A model generated the notes under the pieces. The model did no database searches. It was not told the DNA's origin and saw only the letters and a program-made list of their open reading frames with translations. DNA of 60,971 nt, the filler included. It is 7 parts of 7 records of this genome, joined end to end, with 100 filler letters (N's around TTAATTAATTAA, not from the genome) between each part and the next. Parts side by side here need not be neighbours in the genome. Positions count along the whole stretch, not along the records: positions 1 to 8,145 come from DRR723986_11734; positions 8,246 to 14,024 come from DRR723986_11736; 5 more parts are not named here. One strand, 5' to 3'. Below, one piece after another: positions 1-10,658 of the stretch. A program made the position numbers and the translations under genes. Position 1 is the first letter of the stretch. Each line of letters opens with the position of its first letter.

Positions 1-823
1 TGACGGTTACTACCACCTGATCCATCGGCATGTCCAGCTTGCGGGCCGTGGCTGCGATAATCCGCAGGTTGGCCTGATGAGGAACCAGCCAGTCGATCTG
101 GGATTTCTGCATCTGGTTGGCTTCAAGGGTTTCATCGACAATCCGGCCGAGGGTATTCACCGCCACCTTGAAGACTTCGTTGCCTTTCATTTCCACAAAC
201 GCCTGGCCGGCTTTTACCGCATCAAAATCGTTGGCGATGCCACAGGGGACGTGTAGCAACTCTTCATACCGGCCATCGGCGTGCAGGTGTGTAGACAGAA
301 TGCCGGTCTCCTCACTGGCCTCCAGCACAACGGCGCCGGCGCCGTCGCCAAAAAGCACGCAGGTGGTACGGTCTTCCCAGTTAAGGATGCGGGAGAACAC
401 CTCCGCGCCGATCACCAGCGCCTTTTTGCTTGAACCGGTACGGATGAACTTTTCGGCGGTGGCCAGGGCATAGACGAAACCGCTGCACACGGCCTGGATA
501 TCAAAGGCAGGACAACCCTGAATGCCGAGCCGGGCCTGCAGGATACAGGCGCAACTGGGGAAGACCTTGTCCGGCGTAGTGGTGGCAAACACGATCAGAT
601 CAATATCGGTGGTATCGATACCGGCGGCCTCAATGGCGTGCAGGGCCGCTTGCTCAGCAAGATCCACCGTGCTTTGTCCGGGCAGGGCAATATGCCGCTG
701 TTCGATACCGGTGCGTTCGCGAATCCACTGATCAGAGGTCTCCACCTTCTGTTCCAGGTCGCGATTGGTAACGATGTTGTCCGGCAGATAGGAACCGGTT
801 CCGGCAATGCGTGCAAAGGTCAT
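1..823 (-). CDS. fabH: Beta-ketoacyl-ACP synthase III (3' end runs off the window)
   Basis: Not in the ORF track. Manual translation from ATG at 823 gives [40 protein letters not shown], followed by the AVCSGF active-site Cys and HQAN motifs. Confidence 0.93.
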   Translation of the reverse strand, partial: MTFARIAGTGSYLPDNIVTNRDLEQKVETSDQWIRERTGIEQRHIALPGQSTVDLAEQAALHAIEAAGIDTTDIDLIVFATTTPDKVFPSCACILQARLGIQGCPAFDIQAVCSGFVYALATAEKFIRTGSSKKALVIGAEVFSRILNWEDRTTCVLFGDGAGAVVLEASEETGILSTHLHADGRYEELLHVPCGIANDFDAVKAGQAFVEMKGNEVFKVAVNTLGRIVDETLEANQMQKSQIDWLVPHQANLRIIAATARKLDMPMDQVVVTV

Positions 824-909
824 GGACAATTTCCAGGGGTTTATAGGGTAACGATAGACCCATGCTAAACCTTTGCAACCGGATTGGTTATTAGCGGATT
901 GTCAAAGAC

Positions 910-939
910 TGCCCGGGCGACACATTGGACACCCGGGCA
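910..939. terminator. GC-rich hairpin just downstream of the alcohol dehydrogenase gene
   Basis: TGCCCGGG...CCCGGGCA inverted repeat about 12 bp past the ADH stop; no strong U-tract. Confidence 0.35.
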
Positions 940-951
940 TCAGGAGGGAGA

Positions 952-2007
952 TCAGCCTTCTTTCAACGTTTTCATATCAATGACGAAGCGGTACTTCACA
1001 TCGCCTTTTTTCATGCGAACGTAGGCTTCGTTGATGTTCCGGATATCCAGCATCTCGATATCGCAGGTGATGTCGTGCTCCGCACAGAAATCCAGAACCT
1101 CCTGGGTTTCCGGCATGCCGCCAATAAGAGAACCGGCTACCACACGGCGTTTGGTCACGAGCAGGCCGGCCTGAAGGGCGGGCTCAATTGGTGTTAGCAA
1201 ACCCACGAGAATATGTGTGCCGTCGTACTTCAGGCACTTCAGGTATGGGTTGAGATCGTGGGCCACCGGAATGGTGTCGAGCAGAAAATCGAAGGAATCT
1301 GCGGCGGCTTTCATCTGCTCCTTGTCGGTGGAGATGATGACGTGGTCCGCGCCCTGCTTCTTCGCTTCTGCCACCTTGGCTTCGGAACGTGTGAATATAG
1401 TGACTTCGGCGCCCAGCGCTTTGGCAAATTTTACGCCCATGTGGCCGAGACCGCCCATCCCCAGTACGCCTACCTTGTGGCCTTTGCCGACCTTGAAGTG
1501 CTTGAGGGGGGAATAGGTGGTGATGCCTGCGCACAGAATGGGAGCCGCACTGGCGGGGTCGAGTTTTTCTGGCACCCGGACCACAAAACGTTCGCTGACA
1601 ACAATCCGCTCGGAATAGCCGCCGTGGGTGACCGAGCCATCGTGACGATCCAGGCTGCCGTAGGTCATGGTGGAGCCTTCAATGCAGTACTGCTCCAGTC
1701 CGGAGTCGCAGGCGGAGCAACTGCGACAGCTGTCTACCATGCAGCCCACGCCCACCAGGTCGCCGGCTTTGAAGTGACTGACCTCCGGCCCAACGGCGGT
1801 GACCCGGCCAACAATTTCGTGGCCCGGAATGACCGGATATTTTGAACCACCCCAATCATCTTCAACGGTGTGGAGGTCACTGTGGCAGACGCCGCAGTAG
1901 TCGATCTCGATCGCTACATCGTCTGCACGGAGCTCCCGGCGATCAATGGCGTAGGGGGCCAGGCCGGAATCCGGGGCAGTGGCGGCGTATGCTTTGGTAT
2001 TGGCCAT
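952..2007 (-). CDS. NAD(P)-dependent Zn alcohol dehydrogenase (cinnamyl-ADH/AdhC-like)
   Basis: GVCHSD, GHEIVG, structural-Zn CRSCSAC...C and GMGGLGH motifs; AGGAG RBS before the MANTKAY start at 2007. Confidence 0.93.
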   Translation of the reverse strand: MANTKAYAATAPDSGLAPYAIDRRELRADDVAIEIDYCGVCHSDLHTVEDDWGGSKYPVIPGHEIVGRVTAVGPEVSHFKAGDLVGVGCMVDSCRSCSACDSGLEQYCIEGSTMTYGSLDRHDGSVTHGGYSERIVVSERFVVRVPEKLDPASAAPILCAGITTYSPLKHFKVGKGHKVGVLGMGGLGHMGVKFAKALGAEVTIFTRSEAKVAEAKKQGADHVIISTDKEQMKAAADSFDFLLDTIPVAHDLNPYLKCLKYDGTHILVGLLTPIEPALQAGLLVTKRRVVAGSLIGGMPETQEVLDFCAEHDITCDIEMLDIRNINEAYVRMKKGDVKYRFVIDMKTLKEG

Positions 2008-2130
2008 TCGTTCACTCCTTTTCAGTTTTAGAACAAGGATCACGGTTCTGCCGCGGCAGGACAGTTACCTTGTGTTACTCAGTACATTTCAATTGTAACC
2101 TACGTATTCCACTCCATCAGGGATGACCAG

Positions 2131-2712
2131 ATGACAAACACGCAATCTCTTAAAGCTGTGTGGCTGGCGAGCGCAATCGCGCTGGGCGCGGGCCTGGTCA
2201 GCGGTTGTATGCCGGGTACCATTGCCACCGGCGTTGGCACCGGTTTTGTGTATGAGCAGAAACAGGACCACAAGCACCGCCATGAAGTGGAGCGGGCGGT
2301 GGATCAGTACGTCGAAGACCACGCCAACTCTCCGTGCAGGCACGGGGAAGACCGAGTAATGGAGTCTGCGGCGGAGATTCTCAAGGAATACCGGTTAACC
2401 GGTTTGAACGAGGTGCTGGGCCGACTGGATAAGATCTATCAGGATGAAAGTCAGCCGGATCATATCCGGGCCGGTGCCCTGTACAACATGGCGGTGTTGC
2501 AGTCGCGCCGCAAGGAACCCAACAAGGTGCTCGCGCGGGAGTACTTCAAGCGCCTGTATGTAGAATTTCCTAACGAGTATCGCTGCATCTTTGAAGAATC
2601 AGACTGGCGGGATTCAATGATTGAACAGCAGTTGCTGCTGCCCGGCGAGACGGTTGAATCCTTCCTGAGAGATGCGAAAGCCGATGTGGAGCGCATGAAG
2701 CGGCATGACTGA
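2131..2712 (+). CDS. Hypothetical lipoprotein with a TPR-like helical pair
   Basis: Hydrophobic signal ending in the lipobox LVSG-C; ALYNMAVL...AREYFKRLYVEFP resembles a TPR/BamD-type helix pair. Confidence 0.65.
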   Translation: MTNTQSLKAVWLASAIALGAGLVSGCMPGTIATGVGTGFVYEQKQDHKHRHEVERAVDQYVEDHANSPCRHGEDRVMESAAEILKEYRLTGLNEVLGRLDKIYQDESQPDHIRAGALYNMAVLQSRRKEPNKVLAREYFKRLYVEFPNEYRCIFEESDWRDSMIEQQLLLPGETVESFLRDAKADVERMKRHD

Positions 2713-2729
2713 GCCTGCCGCCTTCAATA

Positions 2730-3629
2730 TCAGGCTATCCAGCCGAAGAAGAAATCAAACAGCCAGGAGAAGAAGCCACCGCTGCTCTGTGGGCGCGGTT
2801 CGGCCTTTGTTTCCTGGTTAGCAACCGGCTCGCTGGCGTTTGCCACTGGCGCATCAACAATCACGGGTTCCGGCTCTTCTTCAGCGACGAGCGGCTCGTC
2901 CGGGCCCGCTGCGGTGGGCTCGGTAGGAAGCTGGGCGATCAGCTCGTCGTTATCACCAGTGGTTACTTCGACCTCCTCTGCCGGCTTCTGAGTTTTGGTG
3001 ACGGGCGGTTGATTACTTTCGGAAACGGATGAATAAAGCTCCATAACATGCTGTTCTGGCAAGTTTTCATCCGGATTTGATTCAGGGTTTTCTGCTGGGA
3101 GCGATTGTTCTGCCAGCTCCACGGCCGCCACCTGATCTTCTCGCGGTTCCGTAGTATCCACGACCTCCGGCTCGACTGTTTCCGGTTCAGGCTCCTGAAT
3201 TTCGGGGGCCGGTTCCGGCTTGGACTCAGGTGCGACAGCGGCCACGGAGCGGGCGGTAGGCCGAGAGTTTGCGGCAAGCCCGAGCTGATTGCGAGCGGCA
3301 GACCGGGAAGCCACAGAATTGCTCTGGATCGTCAGGGTCGGAGCCGCCTCCACACCAAGGGATTTGAGCGTGGCTGAATCCAGATTTCCACTTACTGAAA
3401 GCTCTGCGCGATCGGACTGGTACTGACGAATGGCCGTGCGCAGTTTGTCGTCTATCCAGCCATCGGCCGTACCAATACCGTAACCGGACCCATAAAGCCC
3501 ATTTTCTGCAGCAAAGACGGTATGGGTAGGAGAGGCTGCCTGGGCCCAGCTGCAGATGGCAAGGCTTGAGACAACGGCCAGGCTTTGCGCGGCGGTTTTT
3601 CGGCGTCCCTGCAACGGTGAGCGTTTCAT
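2730..3629 (-). CDS. Secreted peptidoglycan-binding domain protein with an acidic Pro/Glu-rich tail
   Basis: Signal peptide (AQA-A); ADGWIDDKLRTAIRQYQ...VSGNLDSATLKSLG matches the PG_binding_1 pattern; low-complexity acidic linker; aromatic C-terminus GGFFSWLFDFFFGWIA. Confidence 0.7.
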   Translation of the reverse strand: MKRSPLQGRRKTAAQSLAVVSSLAICSWAQAASPTHTVFAAENGLYGSGYGIGTADGWIDDKLRTAIRQYQSDRAELSVSGNLDSATLKSLGVEAAPTLTIQSNSVASRSAARNQLGLAANSRPTARSVAAVAPESKPEPAPEIQEPEPETVEPEVVDTTEPREDQVAAVELAEQSLPAENPESNPDENLPEQHVMELYSSVSESNQPPVTKTQKPAEEVEVTTGDNDELIAQLPTEPTAAGPDEPLVAEEEPEPVIVDAPVANASEPVANQETKAEPRPQSSGGFFSWLFDFFFGWIA

Positions 3630-3838
3630 GGCGAATCCCTCCAGAGGCTCATTGGTATTGTTGTTTACATATTGTTACTGAGTATCTTCACGGTATCAGG
3701 GATTAATAGTTGCGCCTATGAAGTGGTTAACAAGTTGGCGCAAGGTGCCCGTAGGATGTTGCGGAGGTTGCTGGTATTGTCACAACCCATCAGGCACAGA
3801 ACGGGCAGAGCATCCCCGGCAGTTTTGGCAGACCAAGC

Positions 3839-4828
3839 ATGCAAAATCTTGATTATCGCGTTATACAGCAGGCCATTGACTGGCTGGAGCAGGGGCACAC
3901 GATCTGGCTGTGCACCGTGCTGTCCACGTTCGGCTCTTCCCCCCGGGAACCCGGAGCGATGATGGTAGCGAAAGGCGACGGAGCGCATGTGGGCTCATTG
4001 TCCGGCGGCTGTGTTGAAGAGGATTTTCTGCATCGGCTGGTGAGCGGGGAATATACCCTACCAACCGTTGTCCTTCGCTATGGCGGCCCCAGCCAGGATA
4101 GCGGGAATCCGCGGGTGAAGCTGCCCTGCGGGGGGGTGCTGGAAGTGCTAGTGGAAAAGCGGTCTCCGGGGACTTATTTTATCGATCAGCTGCGGACACT
4201 GTTGAATGGGCTTTCAAATGGTGAAGCCCTGGAGCGGGAAGTAGACCTGGCTCGTGGTAGCGCCAGCCTCAACCCTGTCGATGATCACGGCAGCCGAGTC
4301 GTTTGGGAGCAGGGAAGCGAGACCATAAAGATTGTCGTCGCACCCGTCGCACAATTGATCCTGGCCGGATATTCAACAGTAGCGGACGCCTGCGCCCGGT
4401 TTGCTCTGGGTCTGGGTTATGAGGTGGTGCTTTGCGACCCACGGGAAGACATTGCAGGCACACTCGATTTGCCCGAAGGTGTCGAGTTTATTGCTCAGCT
4501 GCCCTCCGTATACCTCGGCAAAGACGGTGTCTGTACGCCCTCGACGGCCGTAGTGGCCACCACGCACGATCCAAGGATTGATGACCTGGCGATGATGGCC
4601 GCGGTCAAAACGCCAGCGGGCTATATCGGTGTCATGGGCTCAATGCGCACCTCAAAAGCCCGGGCGGAACGGTTGAGGCGCAGTGGTGGGCTCACTGAGG
4701 CCGAGATTCAGCGTATTCATATGCCGGTAGGACTGGATATCGGCAGCAAAACACCGGCCGAGATTGCCCTGTCGATTATGGCAGATGTGGTTCGTGCCCG
4801 GCGCCAGTTATCCCGGGCGGTCAGCTAA
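3839..4828 (+). CDS. XdhC/CoxI family molybdoenzyme accessory protein
   Basis: GSSPREPGA, GSLSGGCVE, LPCGG, THDPRIDD, YIGVMGS and PVGLDIGSKTPAEIALSI motifs. Confidence 0.92.
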   Translation: MQNLDYRVIQQAIDWLEQGHTIWLCTVLSTFGSSPREPGAMMVAKGDGAHVGSLSGGCVEEDFLHRLVSGEYTLPTVVLRYGGPSQDSGNPRVKLPCGGVLEVLVEKRSPGTYFIDQLRTLLNGLSNGEALEREVDLARGSASLNPVDDHGSRVVWEQGSETIKIVVAPVAQLILAGYSTVADACARFALGLGYEVVLCDPREDIAGTLDLPEGVEFIAQLPSVYLGKDGVCTPSTAVVATTHDPRIDDLAMMAAVKTPAGYIGVMGSMRTSKARAERLRRSGGLTEAEIQRIHMPVGLDIGSKTPAEIALSIMADVVRARRQLSRAVS

Positions 4829-6665
4829 CGCTCTCGGTTCTCGGGTTTCGGGGGTAGTACCGGTCGGGTAGCCGCTCGATGTGTGGGAAAAACCGGGTGT
4901 CCTTGTAGGGCATCTTCATATATCCGGACACGCCAAGCCCGGTAATCTGCTCTACCGCAGACAGGATCTCGCCCAGCAGCTCCCGGAATTCCGGTTCCCG
5001 CTCAGGATCCAGCAGCCGGTAATGACTGTGGATCTTCAGGTGCCGGGGCAGGGCTTCGAAGATGATCATACCGGTGTGGTGAATGTCGTTCAGACGTTCC
5101 AGTGCCCGGATAATCGTCTCGGGCAATACCAGGAATTCTTCCGGGTCGGGCCCATCCTCAAAATAGGAATGCACGCGGCTTTCATCTTCCACTTCCGGTG
5201 CTGCGCTCACTTCGTAGTGTAGATTCATGCCGGGGGAGACCAGAAACGGCTGGCCCGGGTCTACACGATCAATGTGAAGGGTGTTACGGGCGTTGAACAG
5301 GCAGCTTTTGAATATTCCTTTGCGGTAGATGGCCTGGGCCAGGTACACCATGTTATTGACGGCCTGGACAAAGGCCGATTTCAACGTCGGATCATGCAAG
5401 TTCAGAGAGGTATCGATATAGATGCCGTCGGTTTCCCAGCGTACCGCCAGGCCACCTTCTACGGGGTAGCGTCCGAGCCGACTAACCGCCGCCAGAAACG
5501 CTTTCTCGGTTTCTCCCATGCCCTGCATGAAGTTCTTGTAGTAGCGGTCGAGCTGGACGTCGTTGACATCACTCAGGGTCTCCGGCGCGCCTTCCTCCCG
5601 CAAAAACGATTTCCGGGAACTGTAGACCACGGTATCAATTTCCTGCCCGGACGCCCGCACCCACACCGGTACCTGCGGAGTGGTCGGCCGCTCCGGCAGG
5701 TCAATCATGACCGTGCGTGCCATTCGGGGCATTTCCCGCAAGTAGTAATCACCAGCCTTGCGGCGAGTCTCCGGGTCGGGCGACAGCATGCCATCGAGCA
5801 TACGGGCAAATTCCATGGGAAGCCCCAGAGACGTAGCCGGAATAGCCCGGTGGCCGAATCGACAGGATTGTGCAGAGGCGAGGGCGTACAGGGTTCCGGC
5901 GGCGCCCTGTTCATCAAAACGGGGCGAGGATAGCCCGCCGTTCAGCTGCTCCTCGCCGATAAAATAGACATCACCCAGTCTGGCATTGGTCTGCTGAAGG
6001 TTATCCGACATCAGTTCCATCACATTCGCCGTGACGAACTGTTGATTGGCATCCAGCTGGGCGAACACCGAAGACCCCCAGTCAATCAGCGCAGTATTTT
6101 CAGTGCGGGCGTCAAACACCAGGTTGGACGGTTTGATGTCGCCGTGAACAATGGGGCGGCCGGCGGGCCCGTTTTCCCGGCGCAGGCAGCGCAGAATATC
6201 CGCCAGTTGGTCCGCAATTCGAATAACAAGTCGGGGCTTCAGGCGGCCTTCCTGCAGGGAGACTTCTTCCAGATTGAGCCCCGCAGCTCGCTCCATGACC
6301 AGGATAGGTTGGTTGTTGGCGCGCTGGAAGGCGATCAGTCGCGGCACTCTGGGGTGATGCACCTGCTCCAGAATGAAGGCTTCGTCTTCCAGGCGATCCT
6401 GTAGGTGCTGGGGCAGGTTGATGCGAGTGAATTTGAACACATGCTCCGGGCCTGGTGTGTCCAGGCCGGGAAAACGGCCGGCAAACACAAACCCATAGGC
6501 GCCCTTGCCAATCAGTTCAACATCCCGGTAACCCAGTTGGCGGAGCTGGGCAACGCAAAGCGCCACCCAGTCCTTGAGCTTCTTGGCATCATCGTGGCTG
6601 AGCAGGTAGATCGACTGCTCTTCCGGTATATAGAATTGCTGAAGATGCTTTTCCTGCTCCATCAC
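4821..6665 (-). CDS. Hanks-type Ser/Thr protein kinase with an uncharacterised C-terminal domain
   Basis: Gly loop IGKGAYGFV, VFK lysine, helix-C Glu (LEDEAFIL), ILVME, catalytic HGDIKPSN, DWG in place of DFG. Confidence 0.85.
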   Translation of the reverse strand: MMEQEKHLQQFYIPEEQSIYLLSHDDAKKLKDWVALCVAQLRQLGYRDVELIGKGAYGFVFAGRFPGLDTPGPEHVFKFTRINLPQHLQDRLEDEAFILEQVHHPRVPRLIAFQRANNQPILVMERAAGLNLEEVSLQEGRLKPRLVIRIADQLADILRCLRRENGPAGRPIVHGDIKPSNLVFDARTENTALIDWGSSVFAQLDANQQFVTANVMELMSDNLQQTNARLGDVYFIGEEQLNGGLSSPRFDEQGAAGTLYALASAQSCRFGHRAIPATSLGLPMEFARMLDGMLSPDPETRRKAGDYYLREMPRMARTVMIDLPERPTTPQVPVWVRASGQEIDTVVYSSRKSFLREEGAPETLSDVNDVQLDRYYKNFMQGMGETEKAFLAAVSRLGRYPVEGGLAVRWETDGIYIDTSLNLHDPTLKSAFVQAVNNMVYLAQAIYRKGIFKSCLFNARNTLHIDRVDPGQPFLVSPGMNLHYEVSAAPEVEDESRVHSYFEDGPDPEEFLVLPETIIRALERLNDIHHTGMIIFEALPRHLKIHSHYRLLDPEREPEFRELLGEILSAVEQITGLGVSGYMKMPYKDTRFFPHIERLPDRYYPRNPRTESVS

Positions 6666-6671
6666 AGCCCG

Positions 6672-8145
6672 TCAGCCCATATGCAACAGCATGGTCTGGG
6701 GCGACTCCAGATAGCTCTTCCATAGATTGCAGAACCGCGCGATGGTGCCGCCATCAATAATGCGGTGATCGCCGGCCCAGCTGATCGTCATGATCGCCCG
6801 CTCAACCACCTGACCATTGGCGTCGAAACGCGGTAGTTTCTGGGTGCGGCCCAGTGCCACAATCGCCACTTCCGGTGCGTTGATGATGGGCGCTGCGTAG
6901 GTGCCGCCCAATGCGCCGATATTGGAAATGGTGATGGTGCCGCCTTTGAGATCATCCTGGCTGACACGTCCGGAACGGGCGGCCTCAGTCAACCGGGCGA
7001 TTTCCTCGGCGATACCCAGCAGGGTGAGCTGTTCAACATGCTTGACGTTGGGCACCACCAGGCCAGCTTTGCCATCTACCGCCATGCCAATGTTGCAGTG
7101 GGGCAGGTAGTGGATTTCGGTCACGTCCTCGTTTAACTGACTGTTCAATACCGGGTATTCCTGAACAGCCAGGGCCATGGCCTTCATGAAGAATGGCATG
7201 AGCGTTAGCCGGGTGCCTTTGGCTTCAGCCTCCGGCTTCAGCTGTTCCCGCAGCCTGAGCAAGTCGGTTACATCAATATCCTCACTGTAGATAAAGTGAG
7301 GGATGGTGGTTGCCGACTGAACCATAGTCCGGGCCATGGCCGCTTTCATGCCTTTGATCGGTTCCACGCGGACTTGCTGATCACCTTCGGCGTGGCGGCG
7401 AGGCGCCGTGCTGGGTTCAGCCTGACGTTCGGTGGCGCTGGGCTCTGATTTGGGCTGTTCCAAATGCGCCAGAACATCTGCCTTAAGCACCCGGCCATCC
7501 TTGCCGGAACCGGCAATGTCGCCCAGGTTCAGCTCGTGCTCGCGCACCAAACGACGGACCGCCGGGCTTGCTGGAATCCGGGCCCGGGTGCCGGTTTCCA
7601 TCGGTGTCGCTTTTGTGGGCGCGGCGTCCGCCGACGGCCTGGATTCACTCTTTGGCTGAGGAGTCTCTTCACGATCCCGTGGGATGAAGGCAAACAGCGG
7701 TGAATGCACCCGCGCCATGGATTGCTGCTCGTGGTAGAGCTTGGTGATTCGGCCGGCCTTGGGGGCGGTGATCTCAACCATGGCCTTATCGGTCATCACG
7801 TCCACCACCGGCTGATCTTCTTCGATCTCGTCGCCCTCGGCGACGCGCCATTCAACCACCTCGCACTCGACAATTCCTTCACCGATGTCGGGCAAAATAA
7901 AGTCTTCAGTCGCGTTATCGTCCCCGCCTTGTGCGGGTTCCGCTTTGGCTACAGCTTCCGGGGCAGCATCTACCTGCGACGACTCTTCAGCGCTTGCTGG
8001 TGCCGGCGCCCCGGCCTCGCCACTCTCATCCACCAACTCGAACAGTGGCGCATGCACCTTCGCGATATCGCCTTCCTTGTAATAGAGACGGGTAACCCGG
8101 CCCTTGTAGGGGGCAGGAATTTCCACCAGCGCCTTGTCAGTCATC
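6672..8145 (-). CDS. 2-oxoacid dehydrogenase E2, dihydrolipoamide acyltransferase (probably branched-chain type), 5' truncated by contig end
   Basis: Two lipoyl domains (MTDKALVE, MTDKAMVE), E3-binding ASPAVRRL...GSGKDGRV, catalytic DHRIIDG. Confidence 0.92.
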
Positions 8146-8245
8146 NNNNNNNNNNNNNNNNNNNNNNNNNNNNNNNNNNNNNNNNNNNNTTAATTAATTA
8201 ANNNNNNNNNNNNNNNNNNNNNNNNNNNNNNNNNNNNNNNNNNNN
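8146..8245. other. Artificial contig spacer
   Basis: 100 bp of Ns around TTAATTAATTAA (stops in all six frames). Confidence 0.99.
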
Positions 8246-8246
8246 G

Positions 8247-10277
8247 TGGAACGAGCATTGTTCCTACAAGTCATCGAAAAAGTGGCTTCGCACACTACCC
8301 ACCGAAGGCCCTCAGGTCATCTGTGGCCCCGGCGAAAACGCAGGCATCGTTGATATCGGCGATGGTCAGGCGGTTGTTTTCAAGATGGAAAGCCACAACC
8401 ACCCCTCATACATCGAACCCTATCAAGGTGCCGCGACTGGTGTTGGCGGCATTTTGCGCGACGTGTTCACTATGGGCGCGCGCCCGATTGCATCAATGAA
8501 CGCGCTGAGCTTTGGTGAACCCGAACACCACAAAACCCGTCAATTGGTCAACGGCGTCGTCGAAGGCGTCGGTGGGTACGGCAACTGCTTTGGCGTTCCC
8601 TGTGTTGGCGGCGAAGTACGCTTTCACCCGGCCTACAACGGCAATTGCCTGGTCAATGCTTTTGCCGCTGGTCTGGCTGATACCGACAAGATTTTCTATT
8701 CTGCCGCCTCCGGTGTTGGTATGCCCGTGGTATATCTCGGCGCTAAAACTGGACGCGACGGCGTAGGTGGCGCAACCATGGCTTCCGCTGAATTCGACGA
8801 TACAATCGAAGAAAAACGTCCAACGGTACAGGTCGGTGATCCCTTCACTGAAAAACGCTTGATGGAAGCGACACTTGAGCTGATGCAGACAGGTGCTGTG
8901 ATCTCGATCCAGGATATGGGCGCTGCAGGTCTCACATGCTCGGCTGTAGAAATGGGCGACAAAGGCGGGCTGGGCGTAAAGCTGAAGCTCGAAGATGTGC
9001 CTCAGCGCGAAGAAAACATGACCGCCTATGAAATGATGCTTTCTGAAAGCCAGGAACGCATGTTGATGGTCCTCAAGCCCGAGCTCGAAGCCGAAGCCCG
9101 CGCCGTCTTTGAAAAGTGGGACCTCGATTTCGCAATCGTTGGTGAAACCATCGCCGAAGACCGTTTTTTGATCACCCATAATGGCGAAGTCAAAGCAGAT
9201 CTGGTTCTGTCGAAACTCTCGTCGACCGCCCCTGAATATGACCGTCCTTGGGTTGAAACACCTGCTGCTGAGCCGCTGGCGGATGTTCCTCAGATCGATC
9301 CTATCGATGGGTTGCGCGCCCTGCTCGCCTCGCCCAACTATGCAGGCAAACAGTGGGTCTATGAGCAGTATGACACAATGGTCATGGCAGACAGCACCCG
9401 CACACCCGGCTTGGGTGCCGGCATGGTCCGCGTCCATGGCACCGACAAAGTGCTGGCGTTTACCTCAGACGTGACACCACGTTATGTGCGCGCCAACCCG
9501 ATCGAAGGGGGCAAGCAAGCCGTAGCCGAAGCTTACCGGAATTTGACAGCCGTAGGCGCGACGCCTTTGGCCTCGACCGACAACCTGAACTTCGGCAACC
9601 CCGAAAAGCCAGAAATCATGGGCCAACTTGTGGGCGCGATCAAAGGCATCGGCGCGGCGTGTTCTGCATTGGACATGCCCATCGTGTCAGGCAACGTATC
9701 GCTCTATAATGAAACCGACGGTCAGGGCATTCTGCCGACGCCAACAATCGGCGCCGTTGGCCTATTGGCCCATAGCGATGACATCATTGGCAACGAAGTT
9801 CGCGAAGGACACGTGGCGATGATTATCGGCACGACCGAGGGGCATCTGGGACAATCCGCGTTGCTGGCCGAGGTTTTCAACCGTGAAGAAGGCGATGCAC
9901 CTGCGGTCGATCTGGACGCCGAAAAACGCAATGGCGACTTCGTCCGGGCGAACCGCGAGCTGATCAAAGCCTGCACAGACATCAGCGATGGTGGCCTTGC
10001 ATTGGCCGCGTTTGAACTTGCTGAATCCGCCGGTGTTGGTGTTCAGCTGGACGACGGTTCAACAGACTTCGTGTTTGGCGAAGATCAGGCGCGTTATCTT
10101 GTAGCCTGTAATTTTGACCAGGCCGAGGCCCTGATGATCGCAGCGGGCCAAGACGGCGTCACCGTTACATCCGTTGGCCGCTTCACAGGCGTAAATGTGA
10201 AAATCGGCGGATCCGAAGCTCCACTTGCAGAATTGGCAGACATCTTCCGCTCCAGCTTTGCTGCAGCGGTCGCCTGA
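8247..10277 (+). CDS. purL: Phosphoribosylformylglycinamidine synthase subunit PurL (5' truncated)
   Basis: The frame is open from the contig start: [10 protein letters not shown]...GPGENAG, then [36 protein letters not shown]. Confidence 0.97.
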   Translation, partial: WNEHCSYKSSKKWLRTLPTEGPQVICGPGENAGIVDIGDGQAVVFKMESHNHPSYIEPYQGAATGVGGILRDVFTMGARPIASMNALSFGEPEHHKTRQLVNGVVEGVGGYGNCFGVPCVGGEVRFHPAYNGNCLVNAFAAGLADTDKIFYSAASGVGMPVVYLGAKTGRDGVGGATMASAEFDDTIEEKRPTVQVGDPFTEKRLMEATLELMQTGAVISIQDMGAAGLTCSAVEMGDKGGLGVKLKLEDVPQREENMTAYEMMLSESQERMLMVLKPELEAEARAVFEKWDLDFAIVGETIAEDRFLITHNGEVKADLVLSKLSSTAPEYDRPWVETPAAEPLADVPQIDPIDGLRALLASPNYAGKQWVYEQYDTMVMADSTRTPGLGAGMVRVHGTDKVLAFTSDVTPRYVRANPIEGGKQAVAEAYRNLTAVGATPLASTDNLNFGNPEKPEIMGQLVGAIKGIGAACSALDMPIVSGNVSLYNETDGQGILPTPTIGAVGLLAHSDDIIGNEVREGHVAMIIGTTEGHLGQSALLAEVFNREEGDAPAVDLDAEKRNGDFVRANRELIKACTDISDGGLALAAFELAESAGVGVQLDDGSTDFVFGEDQARYLVACNFDQAEALMIAAGQDGVTVTSVGRFTGVNVKIGGSEAPLAELADIFRSSFAAAVA

Positions 10278-10418
10278 TCCACACGTTTCTTTAGAACCTT
10301 TGCTCTCGCATTCCTTTTCCCGGAGTGCGAGGGCCGGTCGCAAGTCCAGACGCGCCCCTTGCGCCCTTGCGCTTGCCGCCCTACATTTTCATCAACACCA
10401 TCACGAGGATCAAACCAC

Positions 10419-10655
10419 ATGCCCATGACAGCCCACGAGATCGAAGACCTCCTGCGCGAATCCTTTCCAGATGCAGAGATTCAGGTCGGTGGCAACGATG
10501 GCGTCCACATGGCGGCAATGGTTGTTGACGAAAGTTTCCGTGGTAAAAATCGGGTCCAGCAACAGCGCGCTGTTTATGCGGCCCTAAAAGGCAAGATGGA
10601 CGGATCCGATGGCGATCTGCATGCCTTGGCTCTGACGACAAAGGTTCCTGAATAA
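10419..10655 (+). CDS. BolA/IbaG family protein
   Basis: NDGVH...F.GKNRVQQQRAVYAALKG...LHALAL; GAGG RBS upstream of ATG 10419. Confidence 0.92.
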   Translation: MPMTAHEIEDLLRESFPDAEIQVGGNDGVHMAAMVVDESFRGKNRVQQQRAVYAALKGKMDGSDGDLHALALTTKVPE

Positions 10656-10658
10656 ACT

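Noticed and set aside
8190-8201. Recurring TTAATTAATTAA motif (six copies) as a repeat array or CRISPR
   Set aside because: Always embedded in N runs of fixed 100-bp total length; it is an assembly linker. No CRISPR array or cas gene was seen anywhere in the window.
10302-10334. 13-bp hairpin after purL as a riboswitch or sRNA
   Set aside because: No recognisable aptamer motif and no U-tract; at most an mRNA stabiliser or weak terminator.
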